A stretch of 20,000 bases of DNA from IMG/VR virus record IMGVR_UViG_3300017761_005195; one strand, 5' to 3'. Shown piece after piece: positions 1 through 6,854 of the stretch. The notes under the pieces were generated by a model that did no database searches, had not been told where the DNA came from, and was given only the letters and a program-made list of their open reading frames with translations. The translations under genes and the position numbers were made by a program. Numbering within the stretch: position 1 is the stretch's first letter; every line of letters begins with the position of its first letter. The DNA is from an uncultured virus (IMG/VR IMGVR_UViG_3300017761_005195). Lineage: Duplodnaviria; Heunggongvirae; Uroviricota; Caudoviricetes.

Positions 1-2
1 CC

Positions 3-302
3 AGTTTGTCTAAAATCTTTACACATCTTAGCAATTATATCTCTACTTTTGTAAGATTTTTCTATTTCTTCTTTTGATAGAAAATAAACTTCACTATTGA
101 TACAATAGTTAAGAAATAGTGATGATATATGTTGTAAAAATAGAAAAATCTTACTCCTAACATCATAGTCAGAAGTATCCATATTACCAATAAAAGATTT
201 TAGAGAAACTTGAATATGAAATTCTATCTTTTCATCATCAAGTCTCAATGTTTCATCAACTATTTTTTTACTAAATTCGTAATCTTTATATTCTAATTTC
301 AT
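3..302 (-). CDS. Hypothetical protein, partial (MKLEYKDYEFSKK..., runs off the window's left edge); probable cassette ORF
   Basis: Manual translation from ATG at 302, open to the window edge; lies just left of attC-like site 1. Confidence 0.65.
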   Translation of the reverse strand, partial: MKLEYKDYEFSKKIVDETLRLDDEKIEFHIQVSLKSFIGNMDTSDYDVRSKIFLFLQHISSLFLNYCINSEVYFLSKEEIEKSYKSRDIIAKMCKDFRQT

Positions 303-327
303 ATTCAAATGTTTTTAATTTACATAC

Positions 328-381
328 TTATAACAAATGATAAACAACATTAAAACGATTGTTTATCATCGGACGTTATGT
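328..381 (+). repeat. attC-like site 1 (short family A)
   Basis: TAAC-aa-ATGATAAACAA-cattaaaacga-TTGTTTATCAT-cggac-GTTA; near-identical copies at 716 and 2371. Confidence 0.85.
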
Positions 382-392
382 GTAATAATTTT

Positions 393-650
393 TTATCCGC
401 CTAACTCTGAAATTCTATTTTGAATTTTCTTTTTTAAATTAAGAAACCCCTCTTTTTGTTGTTTCTCCATTTCTTCAACAGATAGATTTCTCATTTTCGC
501 TTTCATCTTTTTAATAACATCACTATCTTTACCAATATTATCAATATCCATATCAACATATCTTTCTAATTCTTTAAGATATTCTATATCTGTTGATTTT
601 TCAATATCCTTATTAATGTCAAAGTTATTAAAATTTTCTAAGTATTTCAT
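393..650 (-). CDS. Hypothetical protein, 85 aa, MKYLENFNNF N-terminal motif; cassette ORF
   Basis: ORF track; TTTATATATA motif upstream (670-679). Confidence 0.8.
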   Translation of the reverse strand: MKYLENFNNFDINKDIEKSTDIEYLKELERYVDMDIDNIGKDSDVIKKMKAKMRNLSVEEMEKQQKEGFLNLKKKIQNRISELGG

Positions 651-715
651 AATTTAAGTTTATTTAGTTTATATATAAAAATTCAAAATAGAAATCCCTC
701 CCACAAAATTACTAC

Positions 716-769
716 ACATAACAAATGATAAACAACATTAAAACGATTGTTTATCATCAGACGTTATAT
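716..769 (+). repeat. attC-like site 2 (family A)
   Basis: Same hairpin as site 1; AATTACTACACATAAC mirrors GTTATGTGTAATAATT at 375. Confidence 0.85.
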
Positions 770-775
770 TCAATT

Positions 776-1036
776 TTAATATTCGAATGGTTTATCCATA
801 TGTGTTTTTAATAATTGAACAAACTTTTCATAAATGATATTGAAGTCTTCATCTTCTAACTCCAATGAAGAATTTTCTTCCATTACTTTTGCTAATTGAT
901 ATATCATGTCAATATCATTTATTCCAACACTATTTAGTGCTAAATTTGATGCTAAGATGTTTCTATTACCACAAACAGGATAATTAAGGTTTGTGTAAAA
1001 AGTTTGTTCAATTATTTTTCTTACTTTATCTTTCAT
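776..1036 (-). CDS. Hypothetical protein, 86 aa; cassette ORF
   Basis: ORF track; fills the space between sites 2 and 3. Confidence 0.8.
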   Translation of the reverse strand: MKDKVRKIIEQTFYTNLNYPVCGNRNILASNLALNSVGINDIDMIYQLAKVMEENSSLELEDEDFNIIYEKFVQLLKTHMDKPFEY

Positions 1037-1064
1037 TGTATTTGTATTTGAATATTATAACTAA

Positions 1065-1156
1065 ATATAACAAGGTATATATGAAATACCTTATAAAGTT
1101 TATACTAAATTTAAAGTTTTGTGGTAAGGTACTTCACATATACCCAACCGTTATAA
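1065..1156 (+). repeat. attC-like site 3 (family B)
   Basis: TAAC-aa-GGTATATATGAAATACCTT...AAGGTACTTCACATATACC-caacc-GTTA; related copies at 4206 and 5796. Confidence 0.85.
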
Positions 1157-1166
1157 GTAGTTAAGA

Positions 1167-1252
1167 AAGTGGTGGTTGGACTCGAACCAACGTCCTCCGA
1201 AATTCCTGATTGGTTACAGCAAATCGTACTCTCCCATCTGAGTTACACCACT
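1167..1252 (-). tRNA. tRNA-like gene (possible Tyr-GTA, atypical anticodon arm) forming a cassette by itself
   Basis: Minus strand: acceptor AGTGGTG/CACCACT, D stem ACTC/GAGT, loop CTGTAAC in a bulged stem, T arm GTTGG-TTCGAGT-CCAAC; no encoded CCA. Confidence 0.7.
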
Positions 1253-1263
1253 TTCTTAACTAC

Positions 1264-1385
1264 TTATAACAACAAATATAAAACATTTTATTCGTTTTTC
1301 AAAATAAAGTTTATACTAATTGTCAAGTTTATTCATTTTATTTAAGTTCTGTGTTAAAACGTTTTATATTTGCAATACGTTATAG
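1264..1385 (+). repeat. attC-like site 4
   Basis: TAAC-aa-CAAATATAAAACATTTTA...TAAAACGTTTTATATTTG-caatac-GTTA. Confidence 0.8.
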
Positions 1386-1394
1386 GTAATAAAA

Positions 1395-1559
1395 TTAAAC
1401 CTCATACCTATAAAGTATAGTCAAAAACGAACCACTGTCTAATATACTTATAATAGCATCCGCATCAATGTTCCTGTTTTGCAAACCTTCATCAATACGT
1501 TCAAGTTCGTTTTTCCCACAAGTAAAGTAACCAATTCTTTTTTTAATAGTAATATTCAT
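1395..1559 (-). CDS. Hypothetical protein, 54 aa (MNITIKKRIGYFTCGKNELERIDEG...); cassette ORF below the ORF-track cutoff
   Basis: Manual translation; fills the cassette GTTATAGGTA...TACCTATAAC. Confidence 0.7.
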   Translation of the reverse strand: MNITIKKRIGYFTCGKNELERIDEGLQNRNIDADAIISILDSGSFLTILYRYEV

Positions 1560-1578
1560 AATGTTTAATTTTACATAC

Positions 1579-1672
1579 CTATAACAAAGTGTATAAGAAA
1601 GTTTGCTACAGCAGTTGTGATAATTTGAAAATTAGTTTAAGCAAACCTTCTCATACACCCAATCCGTTATAT
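1579..1672 (+). repeat. attC-like site 5
   Basis: TAAC-aaa-GTGTATAAGAAAGTTTGCT...AGCAAACCTTCTCATACAC-ccaatcc-GTTA. Confidence 0.8.
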
Positions 1673-1676
1673 TCAA

Positions 1677-1877
1677 TTAAATTATTGTTTTGATTTTTAA
1701 TAACTTATCAGATATTCTATAATCCTCGTTTTTATTATGATATTTTATCAATTCATCTATTTCATTATTTGAGACTTCCAAACCTTCTCTTAGTATCTGA
1801 TAAGTTTTCCAAACCATTGAAAAATTATTGTGTGATGATTTAAAACCATCCATTTCTATTTTATCTAATATATCCAT
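1677..1877 (-). CDS. Hypothetical protein, 66 aa; cassette ORF
   Basis: ORF track. Confidence 0.7.
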   Translation of the reverse strand: MDILDKIEMDGFKSSHNNFSMVWKTYQILREGLEVSNNEIDELIKYHNKNEDYRISDKLLKIKTII

Positions 1878-1878
1878 C

Positions 1879-2004
1879 TTAATCTTTAAATTTGAATAAG
1901 TCTTTTAATTTACCTGACCATGTTGTATCTATACAACGCATCAATATAAATATAATAAACCACAATATAATACCACCTAAAATTAAAAGACTTATTTTTA
2001 TCAT
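1879..2004 (-). CDS. Small predicted membrane protein, 41 aa (MIKISLLILGGIILWFIIFILMRC...)
   Basis: Manual translation; hydrophobic N-terminal stretch; abuts ORF 1677-1877 in the same cassette. Confidence 0.55.
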   Translation of the reverse strand: MIKISLLILGGIILWFIIFILMRCIDTTWSGKLKDLFKFKD

Positions 2005-2045
2005 AAACAAGATTTTTATAATTTGTAAAACAATAATTTAACTAA

Positions 2046-2131
2046 ATATAACAACAAATATAAGAAATAAATTTTGATTTATCTAGTTTTTTATAGGAAA
2101 AATTTACTTCTCATATTTGCAAACGTTAGGT
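2046..2131 (+). repeat. attC-like site 6 (family C)
   Basis: TAAC-aa-CAAATATAAGAAATAAAT...ATTTACTTCTCATATTTG-caaac-GTTAG; related copies at 2922, 6555, 8460. Confidence 0.85.
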
Positions 2132-2320
2132 TCAATCATTAATTTGTTTTGAACGTTCTATTACTTTCTTCAATAATTCATCTTTCCATTTAGAAAATAT
2201 TTCAACCGACCTGTCTGTTGTATCAGTTTGGTATAATGATGAGTAATATCCTTTATCAAAGAATTCACCACAAATATTTTCTAATTCACTTTCTGTTAAA
2301 ATTACAAATCCCTTTTCCAT
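2132..2320 (-). CDS. Hypothetical protein (probable start MEKGFVIL...); cassette ORF with its own promoter
   Basis: ORF track 2132-2347; the upstream in-frame start overlaps the TACCTTTG promoter box at 2345-2352, so the ATG at 2320 is preferred. Confidence 0.7.
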   Translation of the reverse strand: MEKGFVILTESELENICGEFFDKGYYSSLYQTDTTDRSVEIFSKWKDELLKKVIERSKQIND

Positions 2321-2370
2321 ATTATTTATTGTTTTTAATTTATACAAAGGTAAAACAAATTAATGACAAA

Positions 2371-2424
2371 ACCTAACAAATGATAAACAACATTAAAACG
2401 ATTGTTTATCATCAGACGTTATGT
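2371..2424 (+). repeat. attC-like site 7 (family A)
   Basis: Identical core to site 2. Confidence 0.85.
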
Positions 2425-2604
2425 TTAATTATTATAATATTTTGACATTTTTTTATCAACATCACTAATTTTTATTCCAATTTTAGTTATCCAATCACTA
2501 AATTTATTACTTGAAATTAATGTAGTAATTAATGATAATATTACTATTATAATTGTAATAAAAATTAAAATAACCCACCACATTATCCCTATTATTTTTT
2601 TCAT
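2425..2604 (-). CDS. Small predicted membrane protein, 59 aa (MKKIIGIMWWVILIF...); cassette ORF
   Basis: ORF track, start moved to the ATG inside the cassette; long hydrophobic segment. Confidence 0.7.
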   Translation of the reverse strand: MKKIIGIMWWVILIFITIIIVILSLITTLISSNKFSDWITKIGIKISDVDKKMSKYYNN

Positions 2605-2629
2605 ATTGTAAAATATTATAATAACTAAA

Positions 2630-2683
2630 ACATAACAACAAATATATTGCATTAAAACGACAATATATTTGCAACCGTTATAT
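2630..2683 (+). repeat. attC-like site 8 (family A loop, different stem)
   Basis: CAAATATATTG-cattaaaacga-CAATATATTTG between TAAC and GTTA. Confidence 0.85.
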
Positions 2684-2689
2684 GAAATA

Positions 2690-2893
2690 TTAATTTTTAG
2701 AGTGCCAGTCCCATTTTGTAATCCAACATACTTCCAAATTCTTCATCAACCAACCTCTCGATATTTTACCATTTTCGTCAAATATACTCTTTATTTTACT
2801 AATTTGATATGAAGAATTTGTAACCCATCCTATCCAAGCTTCATCATAACCTTCAAGTTTAACCTTGTCGCCAATTTTAAGTTCTGTAATCAT
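2690..2893 (-). CDS. Hypothetical protein, 67 aa (LKIGDKV motif, SH3/KOW-like start); cassette ORF
   Basis: ORF track. Confidence 0.75.
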   Translation of the reverse strand: MITELKIGDKVKLEGYDEAWIGWVTNSSYQISKIKSIFDENGKISRGWLMKNLEVCWITKWDWHSKN

Positions 2894-2921
2894 ATTATTT
2901 AGTTTTAAAAATTAATACATC

Positions 2922-3006
2922 ATATAACAACAAATATAAGAAATAAATCTTACTTTGTCTATTTTTTAATGAAAAGATTTACTTCTCATATTTGCAACCG
3001 TTAGAA
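2922..3006 (+). repeat. attC-like site 9 (family C)
   Basis: Near-identical to site 19. Confidence 0.85.
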
Positions 3007-3019
3007 GTAATAAAATAAA

Positions 3020-3277
3020 TTATATATCAAACTTCTCTGATTCAAGTTTTTTAATCTTTCTATCAAGTATTTCATTAAACTCTTCAGTTGAAATATTATA
3101 TCCCTTAATTCTTTCAAACATAGATTTCAAAACTTGAATCGCATAGTCAATCTGACCATTTATTATTTCCTTTTCCATATCATCCATAGATTCATTTATT
3201 TTACTACTTCTAACATCAGATATATTCAAGTTTTCTTCTGACTCGTTAAATCTTTTTATGTGTTTTAAATCTTTCAT
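3020..3277 (-). CDS. Hypothetical protein, 85 aa, MKDLKHIKRFNE N-terminus encoded inside attC-like site 10
   Basis: ORF track; first ~22 codons lie within the 3208-3341 hairpin. Confidence 0.8.
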   Translation of the reverse strand: MKDLKHIKRFNESEENLNISDVRSSKINESMDDMEKEIINGQIDYAIQVLKSMFERIKGYNISTEEFNEILDRKIKKLESEKFDI

Positions 3278-3341
3278 CTTCGTAAGTTATTTTTTAGTAT
3301 ATATTAAAAGAAAACCTAAATATATCTGAGTATCGTTATGT
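3208..3341 (+). repeat. attC-like site 10 (family D, contains promoter motif and gene start)
   Basis: TAAC-a-TCAGATATATT...AATATATCTGA-gtatc-GTTA; ATTTATTTTACTACTTCTAAC mirrors GTTAGAAGTAATAAAATAAAT at 3000. Confidence 0.8.
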
Positions 3342-3410
3342 GTAAGTGTTCCGTTCATCATTCTAATTAACATTTAGGTAGAAAATTTTTAAAGAAAAAC
3401 CCGCCACACA

Positions 3411-3836
3411 TTATAAAAAAGATTGACCATCCCAACCATAAACCACACCGTATTCATCAACCATTAAACCTAATTTTCTTGCTAAATCATCAGCCTTATA
3501 ATCATTTGGTAATCTCCCAAATAATGCTTCATCATCACTTGGAGAATCTAATCTTTGAACTTGCCAATAATACCCATTCAACTTTTTACCATTAAAAGTT
3601 CTCTCACTGTGATATTTCTCGTTTGGTGCTTCTGTATCGGAATCGAATACAGCCCAACCTTGTTTATGAGTATAATCACTATATTCACTTTGAAACCAAT
3701 CTATGAATTTTTTAATTTTATCAAAATCATAAAATATTTTATCATCAAAGTCTTTCAAATTACCATCCTTATCAATATATGATTCATTCAAAAACTCTCG
3801 TATGGTTGTTTTAATAAATTGTTTTAAGTCTTTCAT
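3411..3836 (-). CDS. Hypothetical protein, 141 aa, MKDLKQFIKTTIREFLNE N-terminus; cassette ORF
   Basis: ORF track; TTTATATATA upstream at 3847-3856. Confidence 0.85.
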   Translation of the reverse strand: MKDLKQFIKTTIREFLNESYIDKDGNLKDFDDKIFYDFDKIKKFIDWFQSEYSDYTHKQGWAVFDSDTEAPNEKYHSERTFNGKKLNGYYWQVQRLDSPSDDEALFGRLPNDYKADDLARKLGLMVDEYGVVYGWDGQSFL

Positions 3837-3948
3837 CCTTTTCTTTTATATATAAATATTAAGAATTAAAATACCAACCCTTCTTTTTCTTTTAAAATTT
3901 TTGTTCAGTTCTTCGAATAAACATTTTACCTTAATAATCCACACCTAT

Positions 3949-4002
3949 ACATAACAAAGTGTAAAAAACATTAAAACGATTTTTTACACTCAACCGTTAT
4001 AA
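3949..4002 (+). repeat. attC-like site 11 (family A loop, third stem variant)
   Basis: AGTGTAAAAAA-cattaaaacga-TTTTTTACACT between TAAC and GTTA. Confidence 0.85.
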
Positions 4003-4012
4003 AACATAAAAA

Positions 4013-4207
4013 TTATTGCGGTTCTAACTGAGCAATATGGAATGCAAATATATAACCATTTATTTTTCCATCATACATTGTATCCATACCAGACCATTGT
4101 CTTCCTTCAATAACAATTCCATAATGCTCATTTCGCTTATCTATAACTTTGAACTTTGATAATTTGCCTTTAAGTTTATCCATATAATACATAATTTTTA
4201 CATTCAT
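4013..4207 (-). CDS. Hypothetical protein, 64 aa; cassette ORF
   Basis: ORF track. Confidence 0.7.
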   Translation of the reverse strand: MNVKIMYYMDKLKGKLSKFKVIDKRNEHYGIVIEGRQWSGMDTMYDGKINGYIFAFHIAQLEPQ

Positions 4208-4298
4208 ATAACAAGGTATATGTGAAATACCTCATAAAGTTTCTACTAATTATTTAAGTTTCGTGGTAAGGTACTTCACATATACCCAACCGTTATAA
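4206..4298 (+). repeat. attC-like site 12 (family B)
   Basis: Homologous to sites 3 and 17. Confidence 0.85.
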
Positions 4299-4481
4299 GC
4301 CATTTTGGGAACCCCACTCTTGAAACAACTTTTCCAGTTCTTCACAGTCATATACAGGCTCATCGCTTTCTCCCATAGTTACTGTCCAATTTTCACTTGA
4401 GTGCCTTGTGTATTTGTTTAGTTCGTTTTCATCTGTTTCAACATAAAAAACGATTGACTTTGTTGCGTTTATAATTTTCAT
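4293..4481 (-). CDS. Hypothetical protein, 62 aa; cassette ORF, stop codon within the GTTA box
   Basis: ORF track. Confidence 0.75.
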   Translation of the reverse strand: MKIINATKSIVFYVETDENELNKYTRHSSENWTVTMGESDEPVYDCEELEKLFQEWGSQNGL

Positions 4482-4510
4482 TTTATTTTAAATTTGTGAA
4501 GAAAAACGGC

Positions 4511-4642
4511 TTATAACAGCACATACCCAAAAGAGGGGTTTTAGTGGTTATATGAACATTTTTACTTCGATTAAACATTTGTTTTTATATTAAATTTTGT
4601 GCTTCGTAATCACCTCCTTCGGGTATCTGCAAAATGTTATGA
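4511..4642 (+). repeat. attC-like site 13 (long type)
   Basis: TAAC-a-GCACATACCCAAAAGAGG...CCTCCTTCGGGTATCTGC-aaaat-GTTA. Confidence 0.8.
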
Positions 4643-4858
4643 AACATATTTCCACACACCTATTTCCATAAACAAGTACTTTAGTGATTTGATTCTTCTA
4701 TCCAAGTTATCATAATCAAAAGAATCGTTGCATTTACTTATGTTAATTTTTGCTTGTTTATATTCATCTATCAACTCTTCAATACGTTTCATAACATCAG
4801 ATATATGTAATTTTTTATCTGTGTCATTAACTTCTGTGTTCTTATTTTCTGTATTCAT
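4637..4858 (-). CDS. Hypothetical protein, 73 aa; start lies inside attC-like site 14 (LHISDVM junction motif)
   Basis: ORF track. Confidence 0.75.
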   Translation of the reverse strand: MNTENKNTEVNDTDKKLHISDVMKRIEELIDEYKQAKINISKCNDSFDYDNLDRRIKSLKYLFMEIGVWKYVS

Positions 4859-4918
4859 ATTATTTAATTTTTGTATTTCAATTTAAGAAAAAACTACATA
4901 TATCTGTGTCCGTTATAA
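4789..4918 (+). repeat. attC-like site 14 (family D-related)
   Basis: TAAC-at-CAGATATATGTAATTTTT...AAAAACTACATATATCTG-tgtcc-GTTA. Confidence 0.8.
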
Positions 4919-4933
4919 GTAATAAAAATAAAA

Positions 4934-5116
4934 TTATTGATATAACACATATATACCTTCATAATCACCAAAAATAGTTAATTTTTCATTTGGTATATTG
5001 TAATCAAATTTTAGTCTATTACCTTCTGTGTCCCATACATCAGTTATGTATTCCGCTTTGATGAAAAATAAACTATTATTTCCATCATATTCTTTTCTTA
5101 TTAATCTTGTTTTCAT
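4934..5116 (-). CDS. Hypothetical protein, 60 aa; cassette ORF
   Basis: ORF track. Confidence 0.75.
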   Translation of the reverse strand: MKTRLIRKEYDGNNSLFFIKAEYITDVWDTEGNRLKFDYNIPNEKLTIFGDYEGIYVLYQ

Positions 5117-5140
5117 TTGTATAATTTTATTTTTACATAC

Positions 5141-5250
5141 TTATAACAATGTGTAAAAAACATTTAAACGATTTTTTACACGCCAAAAAGCGGTTTTACA
5201 TTTATTTAAGTTTTTCGGTGGCGTACCTCTCATATACGCAACCGTTAGCA
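5141..5250 (+). repeat. attC-like site 15, apparently chimeric
   Basis: Left part resembles the site 11 hairpin; right part (CTCATATACGCAACCGTTAG) resembles the right arm of a long-type site. Confidence 0.7.
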
Positions 5251-5529
5251 GTAATTGCTAAGAGCCTTGATATTAATAAATCCTATTTCTTGGGCGTGTT
5301 CCATTGAAAAACTAACTGTGTAAACCTTCAACCCTTTTTCAATTGTTACTTTAACCATTGAACTAAAACTATCTATAAATATATTAGTTACATTATGGGT
5401 TATATCTTTACCTTCTTTTACATCGTAAAACCCTACACCCCAAGAAATAACACAACCGCAACTACTGCTAACAATAGGTTTATTCAATGCGGGGTTCCTG
5501 CTCCCAAATAACATTTTTAGTAATTTCAT
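5245..5529 (-). CDS. Hypothetical protein, 94 aa; start inside attC-like site 16 (LNKPIVSSS junction)
   Basis: ORF track. Confidence 0.7.
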   Translation of the reverse strand: MKLLKMLFGSRNPALNKPIVSSSCGCVISWGVGFYDVKEGKDITHNVTNIFIDSFSSMVKVTIEKGLKVYTVSFSMEHAQEIGFINIKALSNYC

Positions 5530-5595
5530 ATTTTCTGCTTTTAAATTAATTTATCTGTTCAATCCCGCACTAAATAAACCTGCAAAACGTTATAA
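5466..5595 (+). repeat. attC-like site 16
   Basis: TAAC-aat-AGGTTTATTCAATGCGGG...CCCGCACTAAATAAACCT-gcaaaac-GTTA; GCAACTACTGCTAAC mirrors GTTAGCAGTAATTGC at 5244. Confidence 0.8.
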
Positions 5596-5784
5596 AACAT
5601 TTTTCAATACACCAAGTTCCTTTGATTTTACTAAAAATTCTGTTTCATCTTCCAAAGAAAGAGTTGAAAACAAATGATGTTCTACTAAATAAGATGGTGC
5701 GTTTGATGTAACCAAATCATTTAATTTAGCTTTATCCCAGAATTTTTCAACTCTTTCTTCTTGTTCTTTTGTTAATTTTTCCAT
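5590..5784 (-). CDS. Hypothetical protein, 64 aa; cassette ORF
   Basis: ORF track. Confidence 0.75.
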   Translation of the reverse strand: MEKLTKEQEERVEKFWDKAKLNDLVTSNAPSYLVEHHLFSTLSLEDETEFLVKSKELGVLKNVL

Positions 5785-5795
5785 ATTAAAACGTT

Positions 5796-5888
5796 TTATA
5801 ACAAGGTATATGTGAAATACCTTATAAAGTTTCTACTAATTTTTAAAGTTTTGTGGTAAGGTACTTCACATATACCCAACCGTTAGTG
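5796..5888 (+). repeat. attC-like site 17 (family B)
   Basis: Homologous to sites 3 and 12. Confidence 0.85.
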
Positions 5889-5902
5889 ATAATAAATTTG
5901 AA

Positions 5903-6214
5903 TTATTTAGTCTTATATAACTTACAATCAAAATTATTTTCAGATAACATATCATTCATAAATCCGATGTGTCTATTTTCATCACCCTCTGGTTCAAATT
6001 TCACAAAAATGGAATAGTTATCTGAAACTAATAGTGACCAATCCATAGGTTTTAATTTAACAGAATCATCATAATTTTGATTGATAAAGTTTATACCATC
6101 CAAAATCTCATCCATATCTGGACCTATCATTTCAAATTTACTATCACTAACATTAGATATATTCAAGTTTTCTTGATGTTCGTTAAATAATTTAACGTGT
6201 TTTAAATTTTTCAT
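5903..6214 (-). CDS. Hypothetical protein, 103 aa, MKNLKHVKLFNE N-terminus encoded inside attC-like site 18
   Basis: ORF track. Confidence 0.8.
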   Translation of the reverse strand: MKNLKHVKLFNEHQENLNISNVSDSKFEMIGPDMDEILDGINFINQNYDDSVKLKPMDWSLLVSDNYSIFVKFEPEGDENRHIGFMNDMLSENNFDCKLYKTK

Positions 6215-6278
6215 CTTTGTTTATTATTTTTTAGTATATATTAAAAGAAAATCTAAATATATCTGAGTATCGTTATAT
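6145..6278 (+). repeat. attC-like site 18 (family D)
   Basis: Homologous to site 10; TTCAAATTTACTATCACTAAC mirrors GTTAGTGATAATAAATTTGAA at 5882. Confidence 0.8.
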
Positions 6279-6291
6279 TCAATACCAAAAA

Positions 6292-6531
6292 TTATTCAAA
6301 TTCTATAATAAAAAAATCATCGAAGTCCATATCACCAGCACCGTAAGTATAATTCACTTTCAGTTTTGTTTCAGATATTATATCATATCCATCATAAGCG
6401 TGATATGTTCCAATCGGTTTTTCTTCATTACTAAATCGTTCAATATACTTACTACGAGCAAAGTCATTTACTACTGCTCTATGATTAGCAACCTTAGCTA
6501 ATACTTCTAATGATTTTTTTATATTTTCCAT
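6292..6531 (-). CDS. Hypothetical protein, 79 aa; cassette ORF
   Basis: ORF track. Confidence 0.8.
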   Translation of the reverse strand: MENIKKSLEVLAKVANHRAVVNDFARSKYIERFSNEEKPIGTYHAYDGYDIISETKLKVNYTYGAGDMDFDDFFIIEFE

Positions 6532-6554
6532 GTGTTAATAATTTTTGATACTAA

Positions 6555-6640
6555 ATATAACAACAAATATAAGAAATAAATCTTAATTTGTCTAATTTTT
6601 TAATGAAAAGATTTACTTCTCATATTTGCAACCGTTAGTG
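6555..6640 (+). repeat. attC-like site 19 (family C)
   Basis: Near-identical to site 9. Confidence 0.85.
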
Positions 6641-6754
6641 GCAATTTGAGCCAAATAAAAAATTATATTCGTTCATATACCATTTTTCGTCTATTGAATG
6701 TTGTATAAATCTAAGTGGATGCGTACCGGCATCATGCCATGTTGCCCAGGTCAT
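6635..6754 (-). CDS. Small hypothetical protein, 39 aa (MTWATWHDAGTHPLRF...)
   Basis: Manual translation; stop in the GTTA box; TATCTTTG promoter box directly upstream (6759-6766). Confidence 0.5.
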   Translation of the reverse strand: MTWATWHDAGTHPLRFIQHSIDEKWYMNEYNFLFGSNCH

Positions 6755-6791
6755 AAAACAAAGATAAGGGAAATAAGTTAGAAAAACAAAT

Positions 6792-6832
6792 AAAAAAAAA
6801 TAGTTAAGAGTATTTCTTAACTATTTTTTTTT
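6792..6832. terminator. Probable bidirectional intrinsic terminator
   Basis: A-tract-TAGTTAAGA-gtatt-TCTTAACTA-T-tract, just downstream of ORF 6855-7349. Confidence 0.7.
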
Positions 6833-6854
6833 ATAAGTTCCTCCTTGGTCATTA

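Larger units (their letters stand above)
328..6640 (+). mobile_element. Integron-like gene cassette array (19 attC-like sites, 18 complete cassettes; no integrase in window)
   Basis: Regular alternation of 54-134 bp imperfect palindromes starting TAAC and ending (C)GTTA with short bodies usually holding one small ORF. Each body starts GTTAnnnn and ends with the near reverse complement nnnnTAAC. Confidence 0.85.

Noticed and set aside
328..6640. CRISPR array interpretation of the recurring repeats
   Set aside because: Repeats belong to several families of 54-134 bp, the intervening segments are gene-sized and of variable length, and no cas gene is visible.
328..6640. Simple intrinsic terminators or REP/MITE elements
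   Set aside because: No consistent U-tract and no target-site duplications. The per-cassette GTT.../...AAC complementarity is not explained by these. A secondary terminator role is not excluded.
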